DNA of 64,000 bases from an uncultured Planctomycetota bacterium. GTDB lineage: Bacteria; Planctomycetota; Planctomycetia; Pirellulales; Lacipirellulaceae. The translations under genes were made by a program, and so were the position numbers. Below the pieces are notes generated by a model that saw only the letters and a program-made list of their open reading frames with translations, had not been told where the DNA came from and ran no database searches. Of this stretch, positions 1-9,514 are shown in pieces (within the stretch, counting starts at the first letter, position 1; every line of letters begins with the position of its first letter). The stretch covers positions 32,001 through 96,000 of the forward strand of contig CAVRBU010000005.1 of assembly GCA_963719315.1 (NCBI GenBank), given 5' to 3'.

Positions 1-521
1 ATCGGCATGGGTAGGAAAAACATCAACAAAATCTGGCGATTCGGAAAGTTCAGCGCAAACAAAATAACGACCGCAGTCACGCCGCCGGAAGCTCCCAACA
101 TCGGCGGCCCGATAGCGAAGCCGCGATTGGCCGCAAATTCGCCCAACACCCACACTGCTCCCGCCGCGACGACGGAGACCAGGAAGAACGTCAGGTACTC
201 CCGTTGACCGTAGCGGTATTCCACATCGCGGCCAAACATCCACAATCCGAACATGTTGAAGATGATGTGCCGAAAATCATTCGGATCGTGCAGGAATCCA
301 TAGGTGAGCAACTGGAAATAATGCAGCGGATGCTTGAAGACGTTTGGATAAAGTTCGAACAGCCTTGTGAACCAGCCGCTGTCCCTCGTCAGTAGTTGCA
401 CGACGTACACGGCGAACATCACGATCACCAGTTTCGTGGTGAGCGTGGTGGGGCCGCCCACGGTGAAGCCGCTTTGGGGGCCGCTGTAGTTGCGTTGATA
501 GTCTCGGTCGTAGATTCCCAT
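1..521 (-). CDS. Rhomboid family intramembrane serine protease (3' end outside window)
   Basis: Manual translation from ATG 521: MGIYDRDYQR...YGFLHDPNDFRHIIFNMFGLWMFGRDVE...MLGASGGVTAV. Has the HxxFNM and GASG rhomboid motifs. Missing from the ORF track because the stop is outside the window. Confidence 0.9.
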   Translation of the reverse strand, partial: MGIYDRDYQRNYSGPQSGFTVGGPTTLTTKLVIVMFAVYVVQLLTRDSGWFTRLFELYPNVFKHPLHYFQLLTYGFLHDPNDFRHIIFNMFGLWMFGRDVEYRYGQREYLTFFLVSVVAAGAVWVLGEFAANRGFAIGPPMLGASGGVTAVVILFALNFPNRQILLMFFLPMP

Positions 522-697
522 AACGGCGCGATCGACGATTGGTCGGGAGCGACCGACGCGCGGTCACCGAACGCCGCCATTGTATGCGAGACAGGTATCT
601 GCGGCGAGCCAAACCGCAAATGGAGGCGAGTTTCTCGGAAAACCGATTTCGCGTCTTCGCCACCGCGAATCTTCGATCGGAAAGACGCGGCTACGTG

Positions 698-1985
698 CTA
701 CTTCGTGGCGCCGAGCGCGAGTGGCACGGGCGATTTTTCCGTCGAGCCGTTGCCGTCGTCTGCCGGGCGCGAGTGGAGTTGGCGGGCGGCCAATTCGGCA
801 ACCAACTGGCGATTGCTGCGCCATGGCTTCGTCCCTCAACTGGATCGCCTTGGCCAGAAGTTGATTCAACTGGGCCAAATGCTTCTCGATTGCCTCGCGT
901 TCTTTGGTGATGCCGGCCAGATCGGTGGTGAGCTTCGCCCGTTCCGCGGTCCGCGCGGCCTGCAAAGCCTTGGCGACTTCTTCGGCGGCCGTCAGTTGCT
1001 CGATGTCTTTCTTCAAAGCGTCGATTTCGGCAATCATCGCGATGCGGCGTCGCGATAGCTCATCGAACTCCGCCGCGTAATCGCGAAGTCGGCGTTGGTA
1101 AATCTTTTTGACTGCCTTGTCGATCTGATCGGGCGGAAGCTGCTTGCCATTTTCATCGAGGCCGACTTTTCGCCACGGATCGTCGTCGGCCGTCGCTTCC
1201 TTTCCATTCTTCAAGTATTCGTTGACCGATTGCTTAGGCAGTAGTTGCTTGAGCTGATCGTCCGTCATGCCGGCGAAAATCTCGTAGCGGTCCAGCGGCA
1301 TAGTTTCGTAGATGACCCACGGTCCGCGGCTCGCGGCCAAACGTTTGTATTCGTAGACGGTCGGATCGAGCGGTTGCGTCGGTTGCAATGTCGCCTGTTG
1401 CCCGGCGGCTTGCGTGACGTTGAACTCGCCCAAAAACTGTGGGCCACGCGGAGCACCGTTCGCAGCGGCCTGCTGCGGCGGACCCTCTTCGAACACGTAC
1501 ACGACTGAATCGGCCTTGATGCCGGCGGGAGTCGGCGCGGCGATGTTCACTTTCACGGCGCCCGTCTTCGGGTCGATGCCGGCCGGCGCCACATTCCGCC
1601 ACACGCGGCCGCGGAGGCGCGTCGCAATCAGAAGCTCGTGATCGAGCTCTTCGATGCTGGGGATCGACTTGGCGTCCTCGGCCATCGCCGTCGGCGGCTC
1701 GGTGTTGCGGAGGCGATTGAGAACGGCCGTATCCTTGGTGCCGCGCCGCAAGCCCTCCACGTCGGCCATCGCCTCATCGACTTGCTTCTGATCTTTCTTG
1801 ACCTGAGCTCTCAGCACGCCGTTGATCCGCAACGTTTCGGCCGCGAACATGAAGGCTACCACCGTGGCGATAAAGATCGCCTCGACCAGCAGCACATAAC
1901 CCCAGTGCCAAGTGCGTGCGCCGAGAAAAGCGAACACGAACGACGCCAGAAGGAGCACAGCAACAAGGATGACGGGTAGAGTCAT
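698..1985 (-). CDS. Hypothetical membrane-anchored coiled-coil protein (probable 1-base insertion near 820)
   Basis: ORF 564..1991 has two N-terminal TM segments and a C-terminal coiled coil. After DEAM the other frame reads RSNRQLVAELAARQ...GATK* (TAG 698-700), a more plausible end. Confidence 0.65.
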
Positions 1986-2598
1986 GCTCAAAGCAAGGCG
2001 GGGACTATGCGAAAAGGCGGGCGAATTGGCTGCAATTCCTCAACTTTCATAGTAAATGGGCAGAATTGGGGGGTCAAGCAAATCCGGGGCAGCGCGACCA
2101 TGGCAGCAGGTACACTCCGTGTGCCGTCGCAGAACCACCCACACCTGCTGCCCAAATAGGCGAAAAAGACGGCCAAACACTGCTTCTGTTACGGCACTCT
2201 GAGTGAGCCAATCACTACATCCGCCGAATCCTGAACGTCCAGTCGTGACGATTGGACCATTTTTGAGGGGTCCGGCGAAACGAAGTTTTGCACCACCCAA
2301 AATCGGCCTTCCGAGCAATCGTGCGCGAAAACCGAAGCGCTACGCACATAGAGATCACGCGGATGTGCAAAGAATCGAGGAAGGTCGGTGATATAAGTTC
2401 AGACACGTCGCTGCCCCAAGAACTCGCCACGACAAGCCTTACGCCGACGAGTGCCGACATACGAAGGAATTGTGGCACTCAATCAGTTCGGCTGTAGCTG
2501 GGCGCGGAGGTGGTCGCAAACTGTGTGTGTCGTGGTGTCCGTCACTGTTTCGTCCGTTGAGCACCTTAACCACTCAAGGAATACCCAAACCGCCTACA

Positions 2599-2628
2599 TT
2601 GAATACTTGTGAAACTAACCGCTAAAAT
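2599..2628 (+). promoter_or_regulatory. Candidate sigma-70 promoter (Pc-like) upstream of the attI-like site
   Basis: TTGAAT-N18-TAAAAT pointing into the cassette. Confidence 0.35.
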
Positions 2629-2646
2629 GGGAGGGTTGCGTACCGA

Positions 2647-2705
2647 AGGGCTTACTCAAGATGCAGGGCTTACTGAAGATGTTTCAATCTAATAACAAGT
2701 TATCC
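2647..2705 (+). mobile_element. attI-like integron recombination site with two direct repeats
   Basis: AGGGCTTACTCAAGATG (2647-2663) and AGGGCTTACTGAAGATG (2665-2681), then CTAATAACAAGTTATCC, with the same spacing as the attI1 core CTAAAACAAAGTT. Confidence 0.6.
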
Positions 2706-2709
2706 CGCT

Positions 2710-3117
2710 ATGGCAACACCTGAAAGATTCAATGTTCGCGCACTGCAAGGTATGCGGGCGCATTTCAATCTGCCGTCGGGCCCGAGCCGACCGGGAGCAG
2801 ACTAGGTGATTTCGCTCGCGAACTCCGCGGGCTAACGCAAAATCCTTGTGCGGACTTATGCGGACGACGTTGGCCCCCTGTCACCGGAGCAAAAAGCACA
2901 GCTAGCTGTTGAATACATTGGACATCTCATCCAAAGCGGCTGGTCGCCGGATCCGTACCGCGGCGCGCCAGGCGAGTTGGTCGTCCCAAAAGGTTTTGCC
3001 GGTTCGCAGAGCACGACGGCGTCACTGCAGCGGGATAACCAGCCGTTGCATCGGACCGGGGCCGCAGTCAAGCGTTCTTGGTTTCAAAGGTTGTTTGGTC
3101 GCGGCCCCGGCCGCTGA
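2710..3117 (+). pseudogene. Integron cassette ORF interrupted by two in-frame stops
   Basis: ATG 2710 lies just after the GTT crossover and is in frame with ORF 2848..3117. TAG at 2803, TAA at 2833; final stop inside attC. Confidence 0.55.
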
Positions 3118-3134
3118 ACGTCGGTCCGTTATTC
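3033..3134 (+). mobile_element. attC site
   Basis: R'' GGATAAC (3033-3039) and R' GTTATTC (3128-3134). Inner inverted repeat CCGGGGCCGC/GCGGCCCCGG, and TTGCATCGGACCGG pairs with CCGGCCGCTGAA leaving two unpaired bases. Confidence 0.85.
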
Positions 3135-3272
3135 CAGCAACTCATGCCTTTTACGGAACGCTTCGGATAATCACCGATTTTGAACCAGCGGTTCCTGTCT
3201 ACGCGTGCGTCAGACGAAACGCCATCCTTTCCTAAGGGTCTAGCGCCAGCCATCTCGAACGTTGCCCTGTGA

Positions 3273-3995
3273 CTACGCACACTGCCCGCCGGTTGCGGCT
3301 CTCGCGACGGACACGGAAATTCGCGTTGCCCAATCCAGGACTGCACGCTGTGCGGTGGTGGGAATCGCAACCTCGAGCAGTTCTTGACATAGAATCGTCA
3401 AGTCCTCGGCGCGGTCAACGTCCGCCCGAACGGGCAGTTCTCGCGTAGCATGCTCGACACTCAGGGAACGACATAGCGTCTCGGCGGCCACAGTGGTGCC
3501 AAATGGAACGGCCTCCCAGACGGCGTTAGGAATGACGTAGTTGGCGCCAAACAAGTAAAAGCCTCCGTCGTGACATCGGCCCATTACGTGACTTGGACGC
3601 GCCGGGTCAGTAGTGATGGACTCGACCGCATCGAGAATTAATTGGGGCGTGATTTGCGGCGAATCCGCGCCAATCGCCACGACAGCATCATGCCAACACT
3701 TCAGTTCAGAAAACACGTTGCTTAACCGCTCACCGAGACCGCCGGTTCCCTGGTGGATTCGCGAAAAGCGCTGCCAGCGCGGGTCCGCCAATCCTGCTTC
3801 TTCTGCAATCGCCCAATAGGCACAGATGTGGTGCGACTCAGCAGCAGATGCGACGGTAGCTTCCACAGCGTCCAGCGATAAGCGATAGAACTCTTCCGCT
3901 TGTTCGCAACCTAGCCCTGCCGCCAGCCGGGTCTTGATGGGTGAGAGACCCGGTGTCTTTACGAACACCGCTAAAGCAGCCGAAGAATCTTTCAT
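3273..3995 (-). CDS. DUF2064 / TIGR04282-type glycosyltransferase-like protein
   Basis: VFVKTPGLSPIKTRLA, QGTGGLGERL, IGADSPQI, GRCHDGGFYLFG, DVDRAEDL. ATG 3995 overlaps the corrected TGA of the upstream gene. Confidence 0.88.
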   Translation of the reverse strand: MKDSSAALAVFVKTPGLSPIKTRLAAGLGCEQAEEFYRLSLDAVEATVASAAESHHICAYWAIAEEAGLADPRWQRFSRIHQGTGGLGERLSNVFSELKCWHDAVVAIGADSPQITPQLILDAVESITTDPARPSHVMGRCHDGGFYLFGANYVIPNAVWEAVPFGTTVAAETLCRSLSVEHATRELPVRADVDRAEDLTILCQELLEVAIPTTAQRAVLDWATRISVSVARAATGGQCA

Positions 3996-4764
3996 CTGCA
4001 TCGGTTCCACAACAGCTTGCCGAATTCCGGGGCGGCCTGCCACCAAGTTCGCCAGAGGTGGACGAGCGTCGTCGTGAGCCAGCCGTGGGTGCGGTATTTG
4101 CGGGCATCGTGGCGATGGCGGCGCCAACATACTTTAGCGGCACTCGATTGTGGTGGGCCGCCCACACCAATCGATGATCTTCACCGCACGGAACCGTTTC
4201 GTCGTATCCGCCCAGGCGCTGAAACGTGTCGCGGCTCATGCACAACCCTTGATCGCCAAACGGCAAGCCAAGGTAGCGCGACCGAACACGGACTCCTAGA
4301 GCGTTTATTCTTACGAGTTTTGGCCCGTCCTCTTCGAACATCAAGTCAAAGTAATGCAGTGAATGTGGACGCGCTTCCAGAGATCGGTCTAATGCTAAGA
4401 GAGCATCGCCACTTACTCGACTGTCCGCGTGCAAGAACCACAAGAACGGCCTGGTAGCGAGCGTCGCTCCGTAGTTCATCTGATGAGCGCGGCTGGCCGT
4501 CGTAGCCGTCCAACAAATGCCGCCCAGCGCATTGTCAACGCGCGTCTGGCCAAGGTCTGAAGGCGCCGATTGAGTGCCGACGAGTACAAGTTCGGCGCCC
4601 GAGCCAATTTCAAAGAGATCGCTAATAAGTAATCGCCACGACACGTCGTCGGGAGCAACTGGGACAACGATCGAGACGTTTCGAAGCAATCCAGAGGTAT
4701 CCGATGGTTCTGCACCTCCCACCGCTACCTGTTGCCGTGAAGTCGCTTCGTAAGGCATCGGCAT
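3992..4764 (-). CDS. GT2 / TIGR04283-type glycosyltransferase (frameshift near 4106)
   Basis: SIVVPV, SRAHQMNYGA, WFLHADS, LPFGDQGL, GEDH. Restoring one base gives TSARKYRTHGWL...NRCR*. Start uncertain (4764 or 4818). Confidence 0.85.
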
Positions 4765-5118
4765 CGCCTTCTTGCCAAATATGCCTGTGTCGAGCTGCCA
4801 ACTAAATGAATCGCACATTATGCTGTGTGACGAATTTCACGGATTTCAATGTACGCTTCAGGGTATCATCAACGATCGGAGTTCGGATTGTCGAGCCCCG
4901 GATTGTCATTTCGGCTATCGATGGTGTTTGATCGTACTCACACAGAGCATTACGATAGGTTCGATATTTAAGAGCAGGGATTCACCACTCGTATTGAGTA
5001 CGGGTGGGCGTAAGTCGAAAGGAATCGCAATGAAGATCGTAAACAGATTCACAGACAGCACAGTTCGATCATCGTACAATAGCGACAGAATGCTATTACC
5101 CTAAGGAGTCGGCTCGAC

Positions 5119-6294
5119 GTGAAAACTAAAACGGATACATCTAGTCACGCAGTCGAGGCGTCCGTGTATCAGCGCTACGCCAATGCCGCGAATCAAGTAG
5201 AGTCGGCCCTCTGCTGCCCGATAGAATACTCGGCCGATTTTCTGGCGGCGATCCCCAGAGAGATTCTGGATCGAGATTATGGCTGCGGCGATCCAACGCC
5301 CTATGTAAATGAGGGCGAAACGGTTCTCGACCTCGGTTCGGGTGGCGGAAAGCTGTGCTACATACTTGCTCAAGTAGTTGGCCGACTCGGACGAGTCATC
5401 GGCGTCGATTGCAATCACGAGATGCTCTCTCTAGCGCGGCGATATCAACAGGCGGTTGCCGACCGGCTCGGATTCAGCAACGTCGATTTCCGCTACGGAT
5501 TAATTCAGGACCTGCAGCTGGATTTGGACCTTTTGGGACGAGAACTGGGTCAACATCCTGTCCGCGATCCAGTCGACTGGCTCGCAATGCGACATCTTGA
5601 AGAGCGTCTGCGGCGCGAGCAGCCGACGGTCGCTGACGAATCCGTGGATTGTGTCGTGTCCAACTGCGTGCTCAATCTGGTTCGTACACAGGACCGCCGC
5701 CAACTCTTCAGCGAGATATTTCGCGTGTTACAACGGGGTGGCCGAGCTGCAATTAGCGATATCGTTGCCGATGAAGATGTTCCAGAACAGTTGCAGCGCG
5801 ACCCATCTCTTTGGTCCGGCTGCATCTCCGGCGCTTACCGTGAGGATCGCATCCTCGAAGCTTTCGAGGCGGCGGGATTCCACGGAATTACCATTGCCAA
5901 GCGCCAACGCGAGCCTTGGCAAACGGTTGAAGGAATCGAGTTTCGTTCGCTGACCGTGGTTGCCTACAAGGGCAAGCAAGGCCCATGCCTGGAACGAAAC
6001 CAAGCCGTCGTGTATCGCGGACCGTTCAAGAAAGTCGAAGACGACGACGGCCACATTTACCACCGCGGTGGTCGGATGGCCGTGTGTGACAAGACATTTC
6101 GCTTACTTCATCAGCTTCCCTACGTAGGGCTGTTCGACCCAATTGAGCCGCGCGAATCGGTGCCGTCTTCTGACGCGCAACCCTTCGACTGTCGCCGGGC
6201 AAAAAATCGTGACCCCCGCGAAACGAAGGGAGTCAATTACCGCGACACAATTGAGTCGGCTGGCCTGTGTTGCGGGAAGGATGGATCTTGCTGA
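5119..6294 (+). CDS. arsM: ArsM-like SAM-dependent arsenite methyltransferase
   Basis: LCCPIEY, DYGCGDP, VLDLGSGGG, VVSNCVLNL, LWSGCISGA; adjacent to arsS. Confidence 0.82.
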   Translation: MKTKTDTSSHAVEASVYQRYANAANQVESALCCPIEYSADFLAAIPREILDRDYGCGDPTPYVNEGETVLDLGSGGGKLCYILAQVVGRLGRVIGVDCNHEMLSLARRYQQAVADRLGFSNVDFRYGLIQDLQLDLDLLGRELGQHPVRDPVDWLAMRHLEERLRREQPTVADESVDCVVSNCVLNLVRTQDRRQLFSEIFRVLQRGGRAAISDIVADEDVPEQLQRDPSLWSGCISGAYREDRILEAFEAAGFHGITIAKRQREPWQTVEGIEFRSLTVVAYKGKQGPCLERNQAVVYRGPFKKVEDDDGHIYHRGGRMAVCDKTFRLLHQLPYVGLFDPIEPRESVPSSDAQPFDCRRAKNRDPRETKGVNYRDTIESAGLCCGKDGSC

Positions 6295-6308
6295 TCGTGG
6301 GTTAGCGA

Positions 6309-6374
6309 CACGTGGTCGCGTCTCTCCAAGACGTCTGCCGCAGCGGGCGAGCCTCGGAGAGACTCGCCTACGTG
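6309..6374. repeat. REP-like imperfect palindrome
   Basis: CACGTGGTCGCGTCTCTCCAAGA ... CCTCGGAGAGACTCGCCTACGTG between arsM and arsS. Confidence 0.55.
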
Positions 6375-6403
6375 CTCAAGTTGAAACGGAACTCGAGACG
6401 TAA

Positions 6404-7468
6404 ATGGTCGAACTAACTTTGTTGCGAAGCAAAAGCCGGCTTGCGGATCCCGCCGAGCAGCGGCAGATATTGGAAGGCGCCACCCAGTGGCCAGGCTTTA
6501 CGCAGACACTCGCTGACCACGGACTACCGACTTTACGAGCGAGCGGCATCGAGGTGTTGCAAGTCAATGTCGGCAAGCTCTGCAATCAAACATGCCACCA
6601 CTGCCACGTCGACGCTGGCCCCGAACGCCGCGAGATCATGACGCGGGAAACCGCCGAAGCTTGTTTGCGCGCCCTGGCGGCGACCAATATCCCGACCCTT
6701 GATATCACGGGCGGAGCTCCAGAGATGGCGCCCTGCTTCCGACTCCTAGTCGAAGAAGCCCGCCGGCTGCGACGCCGTGTGATTGACCGCTGCAACTTAA
6801 CGATTCTCCTGGCGGCCGGCTTCAACGATCTGCCCGAATTCCTCGCTCAGCATGAGGTCACCATAGTCGCTTCGCTCCCATGTTACCTCGAACAAAACTG
6901 CGACAGGCAGAGAGGCGACGGAGTATTTCAACGATCGATTGAAGCGCTGCGGCGGCTCAATGATCTGGGATACGGCAGGTCAGGCGGACCACTGGAGCTA
7001 TTGCTAGTTTACAACCCGGTTGGTCCCATTTTGCCGCCGCCGCAACGATCGCTCGAAGCCGACTACCGGCGCGAATTGCTCGATCGTTACGGCATCGAGT
7101 TCACCGGCCTCTACACGATCGCGAATATGCCCATCAATCGCTTTCTCGACGATCTACTGCGCTCCGGCGAATATGACCGGTACATGCAAAAACTTGTGGA
7201 ATCATTCAATCCGGCAGCGGCCGAGGACGTTATGTGCCGCACGATGATTTCTGTCGATTGGCAGGGCCGACTTTACGACTGCGATTTCAATCAAATGTTG
7301 GACCTACCGGTCGCGTCGCCATTATCGCAAACGATCCACGATTTCGACCTCAGTCGCTTAGTCAACCGGCGCATCGCGACCGGTCGACATTGCTTCGGTT
7401 GCACGGCCGGTGCAGGTTCAAGTTGTCAAGGTTCAGTTCTCGACCGTAGTGGAGTCATTTCAGTGTAG
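6404..7468 (+). CDS. arsS: Arsenosugar biosynthesis radical SAM protein
   Basis: LQVNVGKLCNQTCHHCHVDAGP (CxxxCxxC), DITGGAPE, IDRCNLTIL, YDCDFNQML, HCFGCTAGAGSSC. Confidence 0.92.
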   Translation: MVELTLLRSKSRLADPAEQRQILEGATQWPGFTQTLADHGLPTLRASGIEVLQVNVGKLCNQTCHHCHVDAGPERREIMTRETAEACLRALAATNIPTLDITGGAPEMAPCFRLLVEEARRLRRRVIDRCNLTILLAAGFNDLPEFLAQHEVTIVASLPCYLEQNCDRQRGDGVFQRSIEALRRLNDLGYGRSGGPLELLLVYNPVGPILPPPQRSLEADYRRELLDRYGIEFTGLYTIANMPINRFLDDLLRSGEYDRYMQKLVESFNPAAAEDVMCRTMISVDWQGRLYDCDFNQMLDLPVASPLSQTIHDFDLSRLVNRRIATGRHCFGCTAGAGSSCQGSVLDRSGVISV

Positions 7469-7518
7469 TCTTCTCGCTCCGCGAGAAGAATTCCGCTCGC
7501 GAAACGAGCGGACTACAC
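7463..7518. repeat. GTAG-type REP-like branched palindrome
   Basis: Outer stem GTGTAGTC/GACTACAC encloses two hairpins, TTCTCGC/GCGAGAA and CCGCTCG/CGAGCGG. Confidence 0.7.
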
Positions 7519-7633
7519 TTCTTAGGCAATCTTTACCGCTACCCGGTGATTGATGTTCTGGACGAAGCGCCGGCTAGATGCTAGTCTCAAAAGCATCAAT
7601 TATCTGCTGGTCGTTGCATCTCAGGATCGACCG

Positions 7634-9514
7634 ATGAATGGAATCGGCGCGGAGGCGCTAACTGCTGGCGGGGACCGACACACTGCGTCGCCTCGCGAAC
7701 GTCGCTGGACGACGCCCGGCGGGATTCCAATTCATTTCCACCTCGGCCCACCTCCTTCCGGACCGGTGGTCGCCGATTTGGCGCCGCTACGGCTCCATTT
7801 GGAGCACAGCCGGCTGAGCTTGCTGCGCGGCTTCGACCAACTCATGTGCCTGGAGGGGCTGACGGACGTCGAGCATCTGCCGCACCAGATCGAAACGGTG
7901 CGCAGGGTGCTCCGCCATTTTCGCGGCCGCGTGCTGCTGGCCGACGAAGTCGGATTGGGCAAGACGATCGAAGCCTGCCTGCTGTTGCGGGAGTACCTGC
8001 TTCGCGGCATCGCCAAGCGAGTGCTGATCCTCACACCGACGAACCTGGTCTCGCAATGGAACGAGGAGTTGCAATCGAAGTTCGGGCTGGAGTTCGTTGT
8101 TCCGCCGCGGACCCACAAGGCCGACTCGCCGGACTATTGGGCAGAGCACGATCGGGTGCTGGCTTCGATCAACTTCGCCAAGATGAAGCGTCGGGCTGAG
8201 GCTGTCGCCGCCGCTCCCTGGGACCTGGTGATCGTCGACGAAGCCCACCACTGCAAGAATCGCCGCACGCTCAATTGGCAACTCGTCAATTCGCTCCAGC
8301 GGCGACATTTGTTCTTACTCACGGCCACGCCCGTGCAAAACGATCTGGTGGAGCTGTACAACCTGCTGACGCTGTTGGAGCCGGGCCACTTGAAGACCGA
8401 ATCGCACTTCAAAAAGCAATATGTCCGCCGAGGCAATCCCCGCGATCCGCGAAACCGCGAGCGGCTCCGCTCGCTGCTCGGCGAGGTGATGATCCGAAAC
8501 ACCCGCAGCCTGGTGCAAATGAACCTGCCGCCCCGTTATGCGCAGACCATACTGGCGGAACCGCAGGAAGACGAAGCACGAGTGTATGCGTTGCTCGCCG
8601 ACTATTTGCGGCGGCGTAAGGCGCTGCCGGCGGACGAGAATGAGAATGGCGAAGTCGAAGTGGGGAGCGATATGCCGGGCAAGGATAGGTCGCGCGTTGA
8701 AAGCGATCGCGGCGCCAGTGACGTCCTACCCCCGCTTGGCCGCCGCCAGCTTGCGGCGCTGCTCACCGCCTCGGGCAGCCACCCGCGAGCCCTCGGGCAA
8801 TCGCTCGACAACATCGCCGGAGACGACCCAGCGGCCGAGGCCATCATCGAACTGGCCGGCCGCATCGAGCGCTCGGCGAAAGACCAGCGGCTGCTGGACT
8901 TGGTGCGACAAAGCCGCGGCAACAAGCTGCTGGTGTTCGCCACGTTTCGCCGCACGCTGGAACACTTGCAGCAGTTGCTGGCGAGCGAAGGGCACGAGTT
9001 CGTCACATTCTCCGGCGCCGAAAGCGCCTCCGAGAAGGACGCTGCCGTCGCCGTGTTTCGCGATTCCGCGCCGATCATGCTGTGCAGCGAATCGGGTGGC
9101 GAGGGACGAAACCTGCAATTCGCCAATACGCTCGTCAACTTCGACCTGCCGTGGAACCCGATGCGTATCGAGCAGCGTGTGGGGCGGATCCATCGTATCG
9201 GCCAGGAGCGCGAGGTGTTCATCTTCAACCTCTGCACGGCCGGCTCGTTGGAAGCGCGCATCCTGAACCTGCTCAACGAAAAAATTCGGATGTTCGAGTT
9301 GGTCGTGGGGGAAGTGGGTTCGATCCTCGGCAACCTGCAAGGCGGCGAGGAATTCGAAACCTTGGTGCTCGATCTGTGGCTCCGTTCGCATAGTGAGGAC
9401 GATCTGTCGCACGCCTTCGACGAACTCGGCGCGTCGATCCTCGACGCCCAAGACGAATACGTGCAGGCAAAGGAACTCGATGAGGCCCTGTTTGGCGAGG
9501 ACTACAATGAGTGA
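7634..9514 (+). CDS. SNF2-family helicase/ATPase, YqhH-like
   Basis: LLADEVGLGKTIEA, VIVDEAHH, LLTATPVQN, GGEGRNLQ, FDLPWNPMRIEQRVGRIHRIGQ. Start 7634 or 7550. Confidence 0.92.
   Translation: MNGIGAEALTAGGDRHTASPRERRWTTPGGIPIHFHLGPPPSGPVVADLAPLRLHLEHSRLSLLRGFDQLMCLEGLTDVEHLPHQIETVRRVLRHFRGRVLLADEVGLGKTIEACLLLREYLLRGIAKRVLILTPTNLVSQWNEELQSKFGLEFVVPPRTHKADSPDYWAEHDRVLASINFAKMKRRAEAVAAAPWDLVIVDEAHHCKNRRTLNWQLVNSLQRRHLFLLTATPVQNDLVELYNLLTLLEPGHLKTESHFKKQYVRRGNPRDPRNRERLRSLLGEVMIRNTRSLVQMNLPPRYAQTILAEPQEDEARVYALLADYLRRRKALPADENENGEVEVGSDMPGKDRSRVESDRGASDVLPPLGRRQLAALLTASGSHPRALGQSLDNIAGDDPAAEAIIELAGRIERSAKDQRLLDLVRQSRGNKLLVFATFRRTLEHLQQLLASEGHEFVTFSGAESASEKDAAVAVFRDSAPIMLCSESGGEGRNLQFANTLVNFDLPWNPMRIEQRVGRIHRIGQEREVFIFNLCTAGSLEARILNLLNEKIRMFELVVGEVGSILGNLQGGEEFETLVLDLWLRSHSEDDLSHAFDELGASILDAQDEYVQAKELDEALFGEDYNE

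Noticed and set aside
1992..2640. intI integrase remnant
   Set aside because: No tyrosine recombinase motifs recognisable in the ORFs or frames I read.
2803..2835. Stop-codon reassignment
   Set aside because: Two different stops in one ORF, and TAG/TAA end other genes normally.
4933..5002. ArsR-like inverted repeat CGTACTCA/TGAGTACG in the ars spacer
   Set aside because: Arms are over 50 bp apart and no ArsR gene is present; too weak to call.
7405..7440. Selenocysteine in the ArsS C-terminus
   Set aside because: The GSSC codon is TGT (Cys); no in-frame TGA.
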